A DNA stretch of 64,000 nucleotides from Candidatus Kaiserbacteria bacterium (GTDB taxonomy: Bacteria > Patescibacteriota > Minisyncoccia > Phycocordibacterales > Phycocordibacteraceae): the NCBI GenBank assembly GCA_027451665.1, contig DAIDIW010000001.1, positions 95,359 through 159,358 on the forward strand. The letters run 5' to 3'. Within the stretch, counting starts at the first letter, position 1. The number at the start of each line of letters is the position of its first letter. The position numbers and the translations under genes are program-made. Under the pieces are notes generated by a model. It made no database searches and had not been told where the DNA came from. It worked only from the letters and a program-made list of their open reading frames with translations. Shown piece after piece: positions 61,611 through 64,000 of the stretch.

Positions 61611-61768
61611 GATCGTTCTGTCGCATCTTTGGGTGACCTCGTGCGTAATAAGGAACGGCATCTCGGCAATCCACAGGGTGGCTTTTGAAAAGGGAGGTCA
61701 GGCTCCATACTAGTCTCGCTCTCTTGGCCGGGAGCCGTTCGCATTAATAAAGTTATTTATCACTAAAC

Positions 61769-62422
61769 ATGTCAAGGAAAGTAATCGCTGCGCTCGGAAT
61801 CATCGGTTTTCTTGCGTCAGCGGGTGTAGCGTTCGCTCAGACCACGACGAGCAATCCGATGCCGATGGTTCTCCACGTCGGAGTGAACGGCAATGTGCTT
61901 CTGCGCGGGACGGTCAGTTCGGTGTCTTCCGGTTCGCTCACGGTGAAAAGCTGGGGCGGGGATTGGACGGTGAACGTTCCTTCTTCAGCCGAAGTGCTCC
62001 CGAGCGGCACTGCGCTCACGAGTTTCCAGCAGGGCGATTTCGTAGGAGTAGTCGGCTCGATAAATTCGAGTGCAGACTTTACGGTTGATGCTACGATCGT
62101 GCGCGACTGGACGGCACGCGCGGCGCTCAATCAGCAGATCCATACGAATGTGCAGCAGGCCCGCACGATTATGTCGAATCGTCCCCGCGTCACGCAGGGT
62201 ACGCTCTCGAATCTTGATGCGACGGCAGAAACCTTCACGCTCACGACCGCTGCAGGTACCGCGTATTCGGTCACGCTGAATTCCGGCGCTGAAACGATCG
62301 GAAGAAACTGGGCTACGATAGCGCTCACGCAGGCAAACACCGGTGATACGGTGCGCGTCTATGGCACCGTATCGAGCAGCACGATCGCTGCCTCGGTGTT
62401 CCGTGATGTTTCGGTGAAGTAG
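61769..62422 (+). CDS. Secreted DUF5666-like repeat protein
   Basis: Signal peptide MSRKVIAALGIIGFLASAGVAFA. Two repeats of the pattern GTVSSVSSGSLTVKSWGGDWTVNV / GDTVRVYGTVSSSTIAASVF. Confidence 0.5.
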   Translation: MSRKVIAALGIIGFLASAGVAFAQTTTSNPMPMVLHVGVNGNVLLRGTVSSVSSGSLTVKSWGGDWTVNVPSSAEVLPSGTALTSFQQGDFVGVVGSINSSADFTVDATIVRDWTARAALNQQIHTNVQQARTIMSNRPRVTQGTLSNLDATAETFTLTTAAGTAYSVTLNSGAETIGRNWATIALTQANTGDTVRVYGTVSSSTIAASVFRDVSVK

Positions 62423-62448
62423 TAGCTGCGCGTTTACTGCGCCTACGG

Positions 62449-62485
62449 CTCACAAAACGCCGCCCGAAGGGCGGCGTTTTGTGAG
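62449..62485. terminator. Bidirectional terminator CTCACAAAACGCCGCCC-GAA-GGGCGGCGTTTTGTGAG
   Basis: Perfect 17-bp stem between convergent genes. Confidence 0.65.
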
Positions 62486-62514
62486 CACCCGTACCGCTTT
62501 CGAAGAAAGCTTGG

Positions 62515-62853
62515 CTACCGTTTCGCGAGCATCTCTTTGAGTACCAGCGCGTGCGCATGTGCGGAATCCTGCGCGCCGTAGATGAGCGTCAGTTTCCGCG
62601 CGCTCCGTTTGAGCGCCTGGAGCTCAGTGCTTTTGCCCCGTAGTTCGGCGTGGTACCGTTGCTGGAATTCGATCCATCGATCTGGCCTATGTGAGAACCA
62701 TTTCCGGAGCTCGGTCGAGGGCGCGATATCCCGCTCCCAGTCATCAATCCGCGCCCGTGCTTTCGATACCCCGCGCGGCCAGAGCCTGTCGACGAGCACG
62801 CGGCGACCGTCGGATTTCGCGGGCGGTTCGTACGCTCTTTTGAGCGCGATCAT
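62515..62853 (-). CDS. DUF488 family protein
   Basis: YEPPAKSDGRRVLVDRLWPRGVSKARARIDDWERDIAPSTELRKWFSH is the characteristic DUF488 pattern. Confidence 0.65.
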   Translation of the reverse strand: MIALKRAYEPPAKSDGRRVLVDRLWPRGVSKARARIDDWERDIAPSTELRKWFSHRPDRWIEFQQRYHAELRGKSTELQALKRSARKLTLIYGAQDSAHAHALVLKEMLAKR

Positions 62854-63049
62854 AGCATCCAGTATACCTACCGCGGACCTCAGGGTTGACTCGCACGATA
62901 TACTTGTAACGTATGAAGATGCGAGGAGCGGGTGACAAGAAGAAGATGCTCCGCGAGCGCGATCATCTCACGCGGCCGCCGCGGCTTGAGGGTGCCGTCA
63001 AGGAAGCGATGATGCAGCCGATTCGTAAACCGCGGCGCACAAAGCGGGT

Positions 63050-63695
63050 ATGAAATTCGCAGATCGCAAAGACGCCGGCATGCGGCTCGCGAAAGCGCTC
63101 GCGCGCTACGATAGCGACGATGCGGTCATATATGCGCTGCCGCGCGGCGGCGTGATTACCGCGCAGGAAGTGGCCAAACAGCTTGAACTCCCACTTGCGC
63201 TCGTCATTGCACGGAAGATCGGGCACCCGGACAACGAAGAGTACGCCGTCTGTGCGGTCACCGAGGAAGGTGAGCCCGTATGCGACACGCATGAATCGCA
63301 CGCGGTGGATCCGGCGTGGCTTACGAACGCCATAGCGCGGGAACGGAAAGAAGCGAAGCGGCGCCGTCTCGCATATGACGGTCCCGACATACCGGCGACG
63401 GGGAAGATCGCTATTATCGTAGACGATGGTATCGCGACCGGTCTCACGATGCGTAGCGATACGCGCGCTTCGCCGCGAATTGCCAAGCGAACTCATCGCC
63501 GCCGTGCCCGTAGCACCGCAGGAGGCTCTCGACTCGTTGGCGCATGATGCCGACGATGTGGTGGTACTCCACGATGCGGAACCGTTTTCAGGCGCCGTGG
63601 GAGCCTCCTACGACTCTTTTCCTCCCGTTTCAGATGAGGAGGTAATCGCGATCATGCGCAATCAGGATGAAAAGCTGCGCGTCTCGAAGCGATAG
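63050..63695 (+). pseudogene. Phosphoribosyltransferase-family protein with an apparent frameshift near 63452-63456
   Basis: Frame 1 gives ...KIAIIVDDGIATGLTMR (the PRT motif). The expected continuation AIRALRRELPSELIAAVPVAPQEALDSL...DEEVIAIM is in the +1 frame (ORF 63426..63695). Confidence 0.55.
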
Positions 63696-63733
63696 CTTTC
63701 TCATCGCGCGACGACGGGTAGTATACTGCACGG

Positions 63734-64000
63734 ATGATACGGCGAGCCGCGCGCTTTCTTTCTGATCTCAGGAATCGCGCTCGCGCTGAAGGTTCCCACT
63801 ACAAATGGGTAGCGCTCTCGAATACGACGCTCGGCGTCCTCATGGCGTCCATTAACGGTTCGATCGTGGTCATCAGCCTACCCGCCATCTTCCGCGGCAT
63901 CGGACTTGATCCTCTGCAGCCCGCGAATATCGATTATCTCCTCTGGATGCTTATGGGATATCTCGTCTGCACGGCGGTTCTCGTCGTGACCTTCGGGCGG
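63734..64000 (+). CDS. MFS transporter (DHA2-like N-terminus). 3' end lies beyond the window.
   Basis: HYKWVALSNTTLGVLMASINGSIVVISLPAIFRGIGLD. A TATACT -10-like hexamer lies 10 nt upstream. Confidence 0.55.
   Translation, partial: MIRRAARFLSDLRNRARAEGSHYKWVALSNTTLGVLMASINGSIVVISLPAIFRGIGLDPLQPANIDYLLWMLMGYLVCTAVLVVTFGR

Noticed and set aside
62905-63043. 47-aa basic ORF MKMRGAGDKKKMLRERDHLTRPPRLEGAVKEAMMQPIRKPRRTKRV between DUF488 and the PRTase gene
   Set aside because: It has no recognisable family and no RBS, and it sits in a divergent promoter region. It is too weak to call.

Overview
This is a 64-kb window of a high-GC (~60-65%) bacterial chromosome with a compact, mostly co-directional gene layout. 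I could not run any searches, so all calls rest on reading the translations and the DNA. The window opens inside the spc ribosomal-protein operon (rplN-rplX-rplE-rpsN-rpsH-rplF-rplR-rpsE-rplO-secY). That operon has no rpmD (L30) and an unusually short L24. A small membrane-protein gene sits between rplE and rpsN. A short-type cmk is encoded antisense between secY and adk. After map comes a 2H-phosphoesterase and ndk instead of the usual infA...rpoA block. Other recognisable content includes infC-rpmI-rplT, two beta-CASP ribonucleases (one is RNase J with an RG-rich N-terminal extension) and groES-groEL driven by a near-consensus TTGAAA-N17-TATACT promoter with no CIRCE operator. There is also an RND efflux pair, two ECF sigma factors, a VKOR/Bcp thiol-redox cluster, and three DNA glycosylases (nth, mutY-like, tag) of which the first two seem to lack the Fe-S cysteine ligands. 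A complete type IV pilus locus runs pilM-N-O-x-pilB-receiver-pilT-pilC-two pilins-pilD-four minor pilins, and it is followed by ligA and gatC-gatA. Two tRNAs are present: tRNA-Ser(GCT), followed by an AT-rich repeat-bearing 400-bp spacer, and tRNA-Met(CAT). The most interesting region lies directly after tRNA-Met. It is a ~3.8-kb lower-GC island bounded by 22-24-bp direct repeats that overlap the tRNA 3' end. The island carries an N-terminally truncated large serine recombinase, cspA and a translationally coupled two-gene cassette with no recognisable function. That cassette is the best candidate here for a novel accessory or defence system. Other oddities are a 240-bp lower-GC element bounded by perfect 24-bp inverted repeats upstream of infC and a 40-bp perfect palindrome at the start of a beta-CASP ribonuclease gene. 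A 95-bp identical 5' segment is shared by two tandem pilin genes. Two genes carry apparent frameshifts (a DUF1025-like metallopeptidase and a phosphoribosyltransferase). Intrinsic terminators recur as AAAAC-GCCGCCC-loop-GGGCGGC-GTTTT hairpins. The absence of L30, the pilus locus and the many small proteins are compatible with a streamlined Patescibacteria/CPR-like lineage, but lineage cannot be established from this sequence alone.
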